From: Polyangia bacterium
Lineage (GTDB): Bacteria; Myxococcota_A; Polyangia; Fen-1088
Assembly: GCA_035577105.1 (NCBI GenBank)
Contig: DATLVT010000603.1
Location: 1 to 40,625 of the forward strand
Reading direction: 5' to 3'
Length of the DNA: 40,625 nucleotides
Shown here: positions 16,106 to 24,890 of the stretch, piece after piece
How the letters are laid out: each line of letters begins with the position of its first letter
Numbering within the stretch: position 1 is the first letter of the stretch
Translations under genes and position numbers: made by a program
Notes under the pieces: model-generated
The model's input: the letters and a program-made list of their open reading frames with translations, nothing else
Database searches by the model: none
Told to the model about the DNA's origin: nothing

Positions 16106-18496
16106 ATGGCCGACGACACACCCGACACCGCCGCACCGCCCTCCGCCGCCGGCATCGACCCGGCGACGCTGGCGCAACTGATCCGGCAGACGCTGCGTCC
16201 GCCGCCGCCCGTCCCCGACGCGGCGGCGGGGCCGTCGTCACGCGACGGACGCGGCTTCCTGTCGCTGCTCGGCGAAGCGCTCGGCGGCGGCCAGCAGTAT
16301 GGCTCGACGGCGGAACGTGAGCAGGGCGGGCTGGCGGCGGCGCAGGCGGCCGGCGCACGGATGATGATCGCGTCGGACTGGAGCGCCACGCCGCACACGC
16401 TGGGATCGATCATCGGGCAGGGCTACGGCGCGGCGCGCGAGAGCCTCGGCCAGACGCAGTCGGTTTCGGCGGCCCGCGCGGCGGCGGCGCAGGCGCTGGC
16501 ACATCAGCAGCAGGAGGACCAGCTCGCCAGGATCAAGGAGGCGATCCCGCTGCTGACGCTGCAGCAGCAGCAGGCGCTGCTGGCGCAGACCGCCGGCATG
16601 CCGTCCTCGCTCGGTGGCGGCGGCAACATCGGCACGGCCGGTGACGGGACCTATGAGGGAGCGGTCGGCGGCCACGAGGGCACCGGGCAGAACCCGCGCT
16701 CGTCGGCGTTCGGCACCGGCCAGTTCCTGGCCTCGACATGGCGCGACTTCGCCGCCGCGAACCCGGATCTGTTCAAGGGGATGACGCCGGAACAGGTCCT
16801 GGCGGCGCGGGCCGACCCGGCGATCGGACGCCAGGCGATCACCTGGCTGGCGCAGCAGAACGCCGACGCGCTGACGAAGCAGGGTGTGACGCCGGACGGT
16901 CCCCTCCTCGGCATCGCGCACTATCTCGGCGTCGGGCCGGCGGCGGCCATCGCCAAGGCGCCCCCGACCGCGCCGGTGTCGAACTATGTCAGCGCCGCCG
17001 CGCTGGCGGCCAATCCTGAACTCGCGCGCATGACCGTGGGCCAGATGCGTGCCCGCTACGCCAACACGCCGGCGCCGTCGTTCCTGCGCCCCGGCCCGAC
17101 GCCAGGGGCGCCACCCGGGGCGCCGGGCACGCAGCAGGCCGGCATCCCGGCGCCGCCGCGCCCGGTGGGCCAGCAGCCCGGCGCGCCGGTGCAGATCCCG
17201 CCGCCCACGGTGCCGACCGTGCAGACCGCCGGCCCGGGCGCCGGCACGCCGCCGGAAACCCCACCCGCCCCCACGCCGACCCCCGGCGCGGCTCCAGGCG
17301 CCCCGCCGGGCGGGGTGGACCCGGAGACAGGCCTGCCGGTCGCCGCCGGGCTGACGCCCCCGCCAGGGGCCGCGACGTCGTCGCCGACGATGGAACCCCC
17401 GCCGGTGTTCACCTACGTGCCGCGTCCGCTGCCGGCCTCGCTGTTGCCGACGGGTGGGCTGTCGCCGGGCGAGCAGCAGACGTTCGACGCGGCGCGACGG
17501 GCCTATGAAAGCGCGATCCATGTCCCCGGCGTCACGCCGCAGCAGCGGCAGGCGGCCGAGATGCAGCTGCAGAAAACCCTCGACAGTCAGCTGACGGTGC
17601 AGGCCGGGCACGCCAAGGAGCTGTCCGACGCGGTCGTGAAGCTCGGCGAGGCGGACTACAAGCAGCAGCAAGGCGCGTTCGATAAGCAGCTGGAAGATTA
17701 TTACAAGCGCGGCCAGTTCGCCCGCGAGCAGGCGGCGAGGGAGCAGGACGCGCGCACGGCGGCGGCGAACAAGCTCGCCGAGATCGAGGCCACCGGCCGC
17801 CAGCAGCGCGAAAGCACCGCCGCCGGGGCGGTGGTGGAGAGCAACAAGCGGGTGCGGGATTCGATCGGCGACGACGCCACGGCGGCGGCGAAATCCATTC
17901 CGCAGCTGGAAGCATTGCGCGCGTTGTCGGACAACGTCGACGAAAGCACCGCGCCGTGGGCCAAGATGAACACGCGGCTGGCGACGATCCCGTTTGGCGG
18001 CACGACGCTGCTGAACCGGCTGACCCAGCTCGGGCTGGTCGACCCGACCACGGCCGGGCCGGTGCAGCAGCTGCAGGGCGGCATCTCGGGCGTGGTGGCA
18101 CAGCTGCGCCAGGGCATGTCGATGGGCGCGCTGTCGGATCGGGATCTGAGCTTCATCGAGAGCCTCGGCCCCAGCCTCTACGAGGACAAGGCGACGCGCT
18201 CGGCGGTCATCTCCTACCTGCAACAGTCGCAGCGGGCGAAGATCCGTTTCAACAGCGTGTTCAACGAGGAGATGGCGAAGCCCGGCGCCAGCGCCGCCAG
18301 CGCGCTCGCCGCCGCGCGGGACTACATGGACAGCAAGCACCCGATCGTGCCGCAGATGACGCCGGACCTTGAAGCCCACTGGACCGATCCGGCACCGGAC
18401 TGGCGGCAGAAGCGGATCGAATGGGCCAGGGATAACGGGGTGCGGCCCAACATGCTGGTGCGGCGGCCCAATGGCGCGCTGAAGCTGCTGGACTAA
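16106..18496 (+). CDS. Internal-virion/ejection protein with a putative lysozyme-like (lytic transglycosylase superfamily) segment, a Pro-rich linker and a coiled-coil C-terminus
   Basis: GGHEGTGQNPRSSAFGTGQFLASTWRDF resembles Glu...S-x-A-x-G-x-x-Q transglycosylase cores. AAGGGG Shine-Dalgarno. 796 aa. Confidence 0.6.
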   Translation: MADDTPDTAAPPSAAGIDPATLAQLIRQTLRPPPPVPDAAAGPSSRDGRGFLSLLGEALGGGQQYGSTAEREQGGLAAAQAAGARMMIASDWSATPHTLGSIIGQGYGAARESLGQTQSVSAARAAAAQALAHQQQEDQLARIKEAIPLLTLQQQQALLAQTAGMPSSLGGGGNIGTAGDGTYEGAVGGHEGTGQNPRSSAFGTGQFLASTWRDFAAANPDLFKGMTPEQVLAARADPAIGRQAITWLAQQNADALTKQGVTPDGPLLGIAHYLGVGPAAAIAKAPPTAPVSNYVSAAALAANPELARMTVGQMRARYANTPAPSFLRPGPTPGAPPGAPGTQQAGIPAPPRPVGQQPGAPVQIPPPTVPTVQTAGPGAGTPPETPPAPTPTPGAAPGAPPGGVDPETGLPVAAGLTPPPGAATSSPTMEPPPVFTYVPRPLPASLLPTGGLSPGEQQTFDAARRAYESAIHVPGVTPQQRQAAEMQLQKTLDSQLTVQAGHAKELSDAVVKLGEADYKQQQGAFDKQLEDYYKRGQFAREQAAREQDARTAAANKLAEIEATGRQQRESTAAGAVVESNKRVRDSIGDDATAAAKSIPQLEALRALSDNVDESTAPWAKMNTRLATIPFGGTTLLNRLTQLGLVDPTTAGPVQQLQGGISGVVAQLRQGMSMGALSDRDLSFIESLGPSLYEDKATRSAVISYLQQSQRAKIRFNSVFNEEMAKPGASAASALAAARDYMDSKHPIVPQMTPDLEAHWTDPAPDWRQKRIEWARDNGVRPNMLVRRPNGALKLLD

Positions 18497-18508
18497 GGGA
18501 ACGATCCG

Positions 18509-20914
18509 ATGGCGGAAGATTATGATCCCGGTGCGAGTTCGCGTCCGTTCGGGCCGCAGGGCGACGCGACGACGACGACCACGCCGCCGGCGGCGACCGA
18601 TTACGATCCCGGCATCAGGCGATCACCGCTCGACATCGCCCACCGGTCGCTGCCCAGCACCGCCAACGGCGGCGTCGGCGTGCCGTGGGACAGCTACGAG
18701 TATCCCGGCGGGCAGCCGGGGGACATCATCGGCGGCCTCAAGGGGCTGATATCCGGCGACAGCTCGGTGAAGCGACCGGAGATCGGCGCGCTGAACATAC
18801 CCGGGCTGGGGCTTAGTGTGTTCGACCCGCGCGCCTGGGCGATCACCGCCCACACCGCCGTCTCGCGCGACCCCGCCGCGCTGGAGCAGGCCATTAAATC
18901 CCGCGTCCCCGAGGCGACGTTCTCCTGGGACGACGTCGGGGCCGACGGCAAACCGGCGCCGGGCGCCAATCGCATCGTGCAGGTTCCCGGCCAGCCGCCG
19001 ATGTATCTCGACCGGCCCGGGTTCACCCCGCAGAAGGGGCTGTTCTACGGCGGGCAGGGGGCGGCGGCGCTGCTCACCGCCGGGCGGTCGCTGCCAATGC
19101 AGGCCGGCGCGGCCGGGGCGCAGCACGCCGCTTCGCACGCCACCAGTACCGTGCTGGGTGGCGCCGACAGCTGGGTGGACCCGATCGGCACCGCCATCTC
19201 GACGCTGATGCCGGTGGCCATCGGCGGCGCCGGGGCGGGGCTGATCAAGGGCTATGACTGGCTCAACAGCGAGGTCGTGCCGCCGGCGGCCGACGCCGTC
19301 CGCCGGCTTGGCGTCGAGGGCAAGGACGCGGTCACGCAGGCCACGGCGGCGGTCGTGGACCGGGCGAAGAAGCTCTACCAGTTCGGCTTCGCCGGCAAAC
19401 CCGGCGACCTGACGCGCGACCCGACGACGCTGGCGCAGGAGGATCTGGCCGCCAACGCCGGCTGGGCGGGCACGCGGGCCAAGATGGACGAGTTCCACGG
19501 CCGCAACGCGCAGCAGACGCTGCTGCAAAAGCGCCAGCTGGTCGGCGAGGCGGCCGGCGACGTGCCGCCGGGCGCCACGGTCCCCGACACATATCAGCCA
19601 AACGAGGCGCTGTTCGGCAACCGGGTCAACGACGCGATCCGCGCGCGGGACGCCTCCCTCGATCAGACGAAACGCGCGGCCTGGGACAAGCTCGGTCCCG
19701 TGTCGCCGTCCACCCCGGCCGGGCAGAGCATCGAGTTCAATCCCGAGGTGTCCGGCCAGATCCTGCCGCAGGCGAAACAGCTGCTGCGCGAGCGTTACGG
19801 CGATCCGCAGGGACCCAACGGCACCTATACCTCGGCCCAGCTCGGCGAGAGCGGCGGTGGCCTGGTCAACGCGGTCGACCAGATGGAGCGCATCATGCAG
19901 CCCGGCGGCGGCCCCCGGCTCAACCCGGCGCCGTATCAGCCGTTCAACCTGGGCCATCTGCAGGATCTGCGGCAGGTATTGAAGAACATCATGGACGAGC
20001 AGCCGCGCGGCACGCCGGGCTTTGGCGCCGCCGCGCGGCTCAAGGGCCAGCTCGACGGCGCCGTGAACAACGCCGTGACCACCGGGCAGATCCGGGGATC
20101 GCCCCAGGCGCTGACCGATTTCCGCGCCGCCAACGACGCCACGGCGGCGCATTTCGCGTTTCGCAATCCCGAGGGCAACGACCCGGCCGCCAGTCTGATC
20201 GACAGCGTGTTGAACCCGGCCGCCCCGTCGACCGGCCAGGAGACGGTCAGCAAGGTCCTGGGCGGCGGCGGCACGGTGACCCCGGGTGGCGGCACCAACG
20301 CCATCCTGACCCACCTCCAGGCCCATCTCGGCGACGACGCGACGAAGCCCCTGGCCGGCGTGACCACGATGCGCTCGCTCTACGGCACCAAGGGCACGAC
20401 GAGCGAGGGCACGGCGGCGCCGGCGCGTTACGATTACGGATCGACCGCCGATCGCATCAACGCCCAGATCGAGGGCACCGGTGATGAGATGGCGACCCGG
20501 CTGCTGTCACCCGAGGCCCGCGCGCGGCTCGGCGATTTCCGCGACGCGTTGAACGTCCTGCGCGCGTCGACCAACAAAGCCGGCCCACGCCTGAACGCAC
20601 CCGGATCTGGCTATATCGGGATGATGTCGTCCCGGCTGCCGCTCGGCGTCGGGCCGATCGTCGACCAGCTCCGACTGATGCGCGCGGCGAACAACGCCAC
20701 GCAGGGCGGCGCCGAGATCGTCAACCGGGCGGTGGGCGGTGCCACCACGCCGGCCGGGCTGGGCATCCGCCTGCCCCGGCAAAGCACGCTACAGGGGCCG
20801 GACCCACGGAACCCGTTCTACAGCTGGCAGCCCGGCGCGTGGCGGGCCGGCACCCCGGTCTATCGCGGCGGCGGGCTGTTGGGGTCAGAGGCGCTCGACC
20901 CCGCCAACCGTTAG
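18509..20914 (+). CDS. Large virion (ejection/internal) protein; function unknown
   Basis: 801 aa with an AAGGGAA Shine-Dalgarno. Last gene of the + strand structural operon. Confidence 0.65.
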   Translation: MAEDYDPGASSRPFGPQGDATTTTTPPAATDYDPGIRRSPLDIAHRSLPSTANGGVGVPWDSYEYPGGQPGDIIGGLKGLISGDSSVKRPEIGALNIPGLGLSVFDPRAWAITAHTAVSRDPAALEQAIKSRVPEATFSWDDVGADGKPAPGANRIVQVPGQPPMYLDRPGFTPQKGLFYGGQGAAALLTAGRSLPMQAGAAGAQHAASHATSTVLGGADSWVDPIGTAISTLMPVAIGGAGAGLIKGYDWLNSEVVPPAADAVRRLGVEGKDAVTQATAAVVDRAKKLYQFGFAGKPGDLTRDPTTLAQEDLAANAGWAGTRAKMDEFHGRNAQQTLLQKRQLVGEAAGDVPPGATVPDTYQPNEALFGNRVNDAIRARDASLDQTKRAAWDKLGPVSPSTPAGQSIEFNPEVSGQILPQAKQLLRERYGDPQGPNGTYTSAQLGESGGGLVNAVDQMERIMQPGGGPRLNPAPYQPFNLGHLQDLRQVLKNIMDEQPRGTPGFGAAARLKGQLDGAVNNAVTTGQIRGSPQALTDFRAANDATAAHFAFRNPEGNDPAASLIDSVLNPAAPSTGQETVSKVLGGGGTVTPGGGTNAILTHLQAHLGDDATKPLAGVTTMRSLYGTKGTTSEGTAAPARYDYGSTADRINAQIEGTGDEMATRLLSPEARARLGDFRDALNVLRASTNKAGPRLNAPGSGYIGMMSSRLPLGVGPIVDQLRLMRAANNATQGGAEIVNRAVGGATTPAGLGIRLPRQSTLQGPDPRNPFYSWQPGAWRAGTPVYRGGGLLGSEALDPANR

Positions 20915-20921
20915 AGCCGGC

Positions 20922-21020
20922 TCACCAGCGGCACAAATCGCCAAGGGCACCGCAGATCAGCATCACCGCCCATATGCCGGCGATCAGCAGCAGGATGGCG
21001 CACATGCTCAGCGCCCCCAT
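20922..21020 (-). CDS. 32-aa Cys-containing hydrophobic peptide
   Basis: MGALSMCAILLLIAGIWAVMLICGALGDLCRW. Its ATG overlaps the upstream ORF by 13 nt. High third-position GC. Confidence 0.4.
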   Translation of the reverse strand: MGALSMCAILLLIAGIWAVMLICGALGDLCRW

Positions 21021-21229
21021 GCCCGCATGGGCGGGATCGGCGGCTGTGGCGGGGGCGGCGGCGGGTCGGGGATGGTGATGCCCGCGCTGCCCGGCGGCAG
21101 GGTCGTGGGCACCCACGACGGCAGCGTGCCCCGGTAGTAAGGCGCGGCCGGGGCGGGGGCTTGCGCCGATGCCGGCGCGGCGGAGAGGATCGCGGTGGCC
21201 ATCAAGGCCAGGAGGGATAACGGCTTCAT
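21008..21229 (-). CDS. Secreted proline-rich small protein
   Basis: AGGA Shine-Dalgarno 6 nt before ATG 21229. Signal-peptide-like MKPLSLLALMATAILSAAPASA followed by QAP. The mature part is Pro-rich (DPPPPPPQPPIPP). No Cys, so no lipobox. Confidence 0.55.
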   Translation of the reverse strand: MKPLSLLALMATAILSAAPASAQAPAPAAPYYRGTLPSWVPTTLPPGSAGITIPDPPPPPPQPPIPPMRAWGR

Positions 21230-21289
21230 CGGGTGTCCTGTGTCTGGTTGTGTGTAGTGCGCCACAGTATGTGGGGATCGGAGGGATAA

Positions 21290-21511
21290 ATGCGAGAGCC
21301 AACAGCCAAAGAGCTGGACTTATTTCTGCGGGTGTTCCGGTCGATGAACGACGATCAGCCGCCCGATCCGCGCGGCCCGATCGGCGGCGTGTGGGACTGG
21401 ATCACAGACCTAGCCGCGAACGGTCATATTCATTCCGCGCGCCAGTATCCGCTTCGGCTTCCCATCTTGCCGCCTGCTGATCCATTCGCGCGGCGGCTTC
21501 CCCACGGCTGA
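21290..21511 (+). CDS. Hypothetical small protein
   Basis: Strong GGAGGG Shine-Dalgarno 4 nt before the ATG. The first two thirds have good third-position GC. The 3' third overlaps the convergent ORF 21402-21671. Confidence 0.45.
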   Translation: MREPTAKELDLFLRVFRSMNDDQPPDPRGPIGGVWDWITDLAANGHIHSARQYPLRLPILPPADPFARRLPHG

Positions 21512-21671
21512 TCTGGTTGACCACGCCGCCGCTATCGGCGGTCAGCTGGATGGCGGGCTTCCCGGCCGCCGCCTCGACGCGCAGGTCGGCGGCGAGCTTC
21601 CGGCAGGCACGCGCCATCCCGGCGGGGTCCAGGGCGCGCTGCTGCGCGCCACGCGATTTGTGGTAGGGCAT
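21402..21671 (-). CDS. Hypothetical protein, last ORF of the leftward operon
   Basis: ATG directly follows the stop of the upstream ORF. High third-position GC except over the last 20 or so codons. Confidence 0.5.
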   Translation of the reverse strand: MPYHKSRGAQQRALDPAGMARACRKLAADLRVEAAAGKPAIQLTADSGGVVNQISRGEAAARMDQQAARWEAEADTGARNEYDRSRLGL

Positions 21672-21773
21672 CTACGTCACGGCCTCCATGAACGCCTGCG
21701 TCAGCCAGAACACCCAGGCCCAGGTGATGAACAGCAGCGCGCCATAAAGCACGATATACAGCAGGCCGTTCAT
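21672..21773 (-). CDS. 33-aa single-TM peptide
   Basis: MNGLLYIVLYGALLFITWAWVFWLTQAFMEAVT. ATGA overlap with the upstream ORF. Confidence 0.4.
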   Translation of the reverse strand: MNGLLYIVLYGALLFITWAWVFWLTQAFMEAVT

Positions 21774-21958
21774 GGCTCCGGTCGCCGCCGCCCGCGTGGC
21801 CGGGGTGACAGGACGGTCAATGCTTCTTCGAACCGGTCCAGCGCCTCGCACCATTCGTCCCATGTCGGCGCGACGCCGGGCGCGTTTCGCCCGATGAAGG
21901 ACCGGGCCAATATTTTCGGCCACCGACGCAGCGCCGCCACCTGCTGCTCACGCGTCAT
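21770..21958 (-). CDS. Small hypothetical protein (62 aa)
   Basis: Its ATG overlaps the DNA polymerase stop as ATGA. Confidence 0.5.
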   Translation of the reverse strand: MTREQQVAALRRWPKILARSFIGRNAPGVAPTWDEWCEALDRFEEALTVLSPRPRGRRRPEP

Positions 21959-24042
21959 GCCTTGATGTAGCGCGGCGCGCGCGCCCCTTTCGCGCTCAAT
22001 GGGAAACCAGCCGCCCATGGCGGCGGCTCGGACATCAGCCGCTCCATCTCCTCGACCGAGCCGTGCCCGATCGGCGGCTCGGCGATGACCTCGTCATGCA
22101 CCAGCGTGACCGGCCGGTAGCCGGCCTGTTCCAGGCGATGGGTGGCGACGACGAGCAGATCACGGCACAGCCCCTGTACCGCGTTCTCCGTCAGCCGGCC
22201 GCCGTAGGTCCCCTGGCGTTCCCATTTCCGCGTCTTGTTGTTGACCGCCATGTATGTCACGCAGTCGGAACCATATTTGTTCTGTTCTATCAACGGTTGC
22301 GAATACCAGAGATGCCGTCCCGAGGGCAGGCGCATGCGGAGCCATTTGCGGTCCTGGCGAAAGCGGATGCGACCGCCGGAAACGGCGGTCACCATGCCCG
22401 GGTGTCGGACGGCGTTGATGGCGGCCTCGTTCATGTCGCGCCACAGCTGGGGGATCATGCTGAACGTCGCGCGGTAGGTGTCGATGGCGTGTTGCGCGTC
22501 CTCGGGCGTGAGCAGCACGCCGGCCTGCACCAGGCACGTCTCGCGGAACTTCCACCAGCCCATCTGATAGCCGGCGCCAAGCACCAGCGTCTTGCCGACG
22601 TGCCGCTCGACGCTGTCGTGGGTTATGGTTTTCGCGTCGCGTTCATACACGCGCGCGGCCATCTCCTCGTAAATCTTGCGCTGCATCCGGAACGCGCGCA
22701 GCAGATCGTCCTGCCCCGCCAGCCACGCCACGCCAACCGCCTCGACGGAACTGAAATCACAGGTGGCGATCTCATGCCCGTCCATCGGAACGATCGCGCC
22801 GCGCAGCATCTTGCTGATCACATCGAGCGGCGGCCCGGCGATGGCGTCGACCGTCTCGGCGCCGAGATCGAGCAGCGTCCGGTCGAGGTCCCAGTTTTTC
22901 GAGACGTCGCGCGGGAAGTTCTGCACCTGCAGACCGGTCGATATGTATCTCCCGGTCGAGGCGCCATGATAGCCGAGCAGGCCGCGCACGCGGCCGTCGT
23001 CGTCGGCCCGGGCGAGGATGGCGTCGAGCTTCTTGACCGAGATCTTGCCGGCCTCCAGGCGCGTCCGCAGGGCCGCCCGCTCGACATCCCCGACACGCGG
23101 ATCAGCGATCAGACGCAGCACGTCGCGCCGACGCAGCTCGGGCGCTGGCCGCTCGTCCTCGATCTCCAGCTCGTCCTCGACCTCGGCGTCGACGTCCGGG
23201 TCCGCTTTCAGCTCGCCGTCGAGTATCGCCGCCACGGGGCCGCGCACCAGCTCGGGCGGCGGCGAGAGGTCGACGCCGCGCCACAACAGCCACGCTTTCA
23301 GCGTGACGACGTTCGATGCCCGCGCCACCGCGCCGGATGTCTGTAGGAAAATCGCCTCGTCGAGCAGCGCGCGGGTGTCGGCGGCCACGGCGCGGGCGGC
23401 GCGAACGAAATCCAGATCGAAACGAACCCCGCGATCGTTCATCGCCTCGGTGAGATCCCAGACGGCCTGCTCGTCGGCCGGCAATGGCGGGGTCGATCGG
23501 TAAACCGCTCGTTCCACCTTGACATCCATCGCGCAGTAGTCCGACAGCCGGCGCATGCGATCGTCGTCGTCCCACCACGTCACCGCGTCGGTGACCGGAT
23601 GGATCGATCGCGGTTTGCACATCTGCAGCATGAGGCGATAGCCGACGGCGTCTTTCTTGACGTCCAGCCCGAGCGCCATGGCGGCCCCGTCCAGGCTGCC
23701 GGGCAGCGCCAGCACGCGTCCCCGTGCCATGGTACAGGTCCAGCGGTCGATCGGCAGCAGCGGCCAGCCGTGGCGTGGGTGCAGGATGTATTCGATCATA
23801 AGCCGCTCAAACTGGGCGTTATGAGCGACCACCTCGATCATCTCGTCCCGCATCGCCGCCAGGAAGCGGTCGGGCAGAGCCTGCCCGGGCAGCCATTCGA
23901 CCGGCTCCTCAAGGCCCATCGCGAGGCGCGCCACGGTGACCTCGGTCGACGGGTCCGAGGCGTAGACATACGCCCCGGTCGCCCGCAGATCGACGGTGGA
24001 CCGCGTCTCGAGGTCGAGGAAGAGGACGCGGTCCAGCTCCAT
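21955..24042 (-). CDS. Family A DNA polymerase with 3'-5' exonuclease domain
   Basis: Exo motifs LFLDLETRS, VVAHNAQFE and YCAMDVKVE. Pol motif A DFSSVEAVGVAWLAGQD, motif B RHVGKTLVLGAGYQMG, motif C LVHDEVI. Confidence 0.9.
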   Translation of the reverse strand: MELDRVLFLDLETRSTVDLRATGAYVYASDPSTEVTVARLAMGLEEPVEWLPGQALPDRFLAAMRDEMIEVVAHNAQFERLMIEYILHPRHGWPLLPIDRWTCTMARGRVLALPGSLDGAAMALGLDVKKDAVGYRLMLQMCKPRSIHPVTDAVTWWDDDDRMRRLSDYCAMDVKVERAVYRSTPPLPADEQAVWDLTEAMNDRGVRFDLDFVRAARAVAADTRALLDEAIFLQTSGAVARASNVVTLKAWLLWRGVDLSPPPELVRGPVAAILDGELKADPDVDAEVEDELEIEDERPAPELRRRDVLRLIADPRVGDVERAALRTRLEAGKISVKKLDAILARADDDGRVRGLLGYHGASTGRYISTGLQVQNFPRDVSKNWDLDRTLLDLGAETVDAIAGPPLDVISKMLRGAIVPMDGHEIATCDFSSVEAVGVAWLAGQDDLLRAFRMQRKIYEEMAARVYERDAKTITHDSVERHVGKTLVLGAGYQMGWWKFRETCLVQAGVLLTPEDAQHAIDTYRATFSMIPQLWRDMNEAAINAVRHPGMVTAVSGGRIRFRQDRKWLRMRLPSGRHLWYSQPLIEQNKYGSDCVTYMAVNNKTRKWERQGTYGGRLTENAVQGLCRDLLVVATHRLEQAGYRPVTLVHDEVIAEPPIGHGSVEEMERLMSEPPPWAAGFPLSAKGARAPRYIKA

Positions 24043-24644
24043 CAAAAGTCCTCCTCTTCTTCCATGTCCAACGCGATCGGATCGAAATCCTGCTTCACGC
24101 TGGTGCGGCCAAACACGGTGTCGTTTTTCAGCAGCTGGACGTTGTTCAGCCCGAGCGACACGCCGGTCGAGACGTTGTTATATACGAACGGCCGCATCGT
24201 CACGTTGGCCCAGCGTCCGGCGTAGACCTCGGACTTCTCGCGCAGCGGCGACAGATCGGCATGCACGATGGTGGGCTTCTCCTTCGATGAGCAGGAAACG
24301 AAATGCCAGCCCTCGTCGTAGCCGGCCAGACCGTCCTTCTCCGCGCAGTCACGCACCACGCTCTCGGGCTTCCGCGCCGTCGATGGCCATTTCCGCTGAT
24401 CGCGGCCCCATGCCTGCTCGCAGACATCGGTCAGCGCCGCCAGCAAGGGCTTGATGTCATAAGACGGCGGCAGCAACAGGACGGTGGAAAACTTCGGCTC
24501 GGAATTATTGAAGCCGTGTTCCTCCAGCAGGTGCGGAAAGCTCAGCCGGCCGGGGCCGACGCGCAGGGTCTTCGTGACGATCTTGGTTTGTAACGCCATG
24601 TGATTGTTCCTTAGTCTCAGTGGTATCGGTGTGAGCGGGTGCAT
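24042..24644 (-). CDS. ssDNA-binding protein, T7 gp2.5-like (DUF2815 type); alternative start at 24599
   Basis: Acidic C-terminal tail ending in Phe (DMEEEEDF), as in gp2.5. Placed between a DUF2800-type nuclease and Pol A. GAGGAG Shine-Dalgarno before ATG 24644; AAGGAA before ATG 24599. Confidence 0.75.
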   Translation of the reverse strand: MHPLTPIPLRLRNNHMALQTKIVTKTLRVGPGRLSFPHLLEEHGFNNSEPKFSTVLLLPPSYDIKPLLAALTDVCEQAWGRDQRKWPSTARKPESVVRDCAEKDGLAGYDEGWHFVSCSSKEKPTIVHADLSPLREKSEVYAGRWANVTMRPFVYNNVSTGVSLGLNNVQLLKNDTVFGRTSVKQDFDPIALDMEEEEDF

Positions 24645-24671
24645 GTTTCACGGCTCCTCGGGTTTCACGGG

Positions 24672-24887
24672 TCAGGCGACACCCATCATCAACAGCTCCT
24701 CGGCGCCATATACCTCGCGCGCGCCGCATGTTTCGCATTCGTAACGCCGCGCGTCCGGCTCGACACCCTCGGCGTCGGCGCCGCAGGCGAGGCAAAATCC
24801 CGGGTCGTCGAGGACGACGCGGTAGCGTTCCAGCGCGTCGAGGACGCGCTGTGGAGTGATCGATGGGTGCATGATTCGTTTCGGCAT
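24672..24887 (-). CDS. Small zinc-ribbon protein
   Basis: CLAC...CETC (CxxC-x15-CxxC). GAGGAA Shine-Dalgarno. Confidence 0.6.
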   Translation of the reverse strand: MPKRIMHPSITPQRVLDALERYRVVLDDPGFCLACGADAEGVEPDARRYECETCGAREVYGAEELLMMGVA

Positions 24888-24890
24888 GTT

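Noticed and set aside
20922-21229. The minus-strand pair, considered as an i-spanin/o-spanin (Rz/Rz1-like) set
   Set aside because: The signal-peptide protein has no Cys and no lipobox. The gene order and sizes do not fit known spanins. No endolysin or holin lies adjacent.
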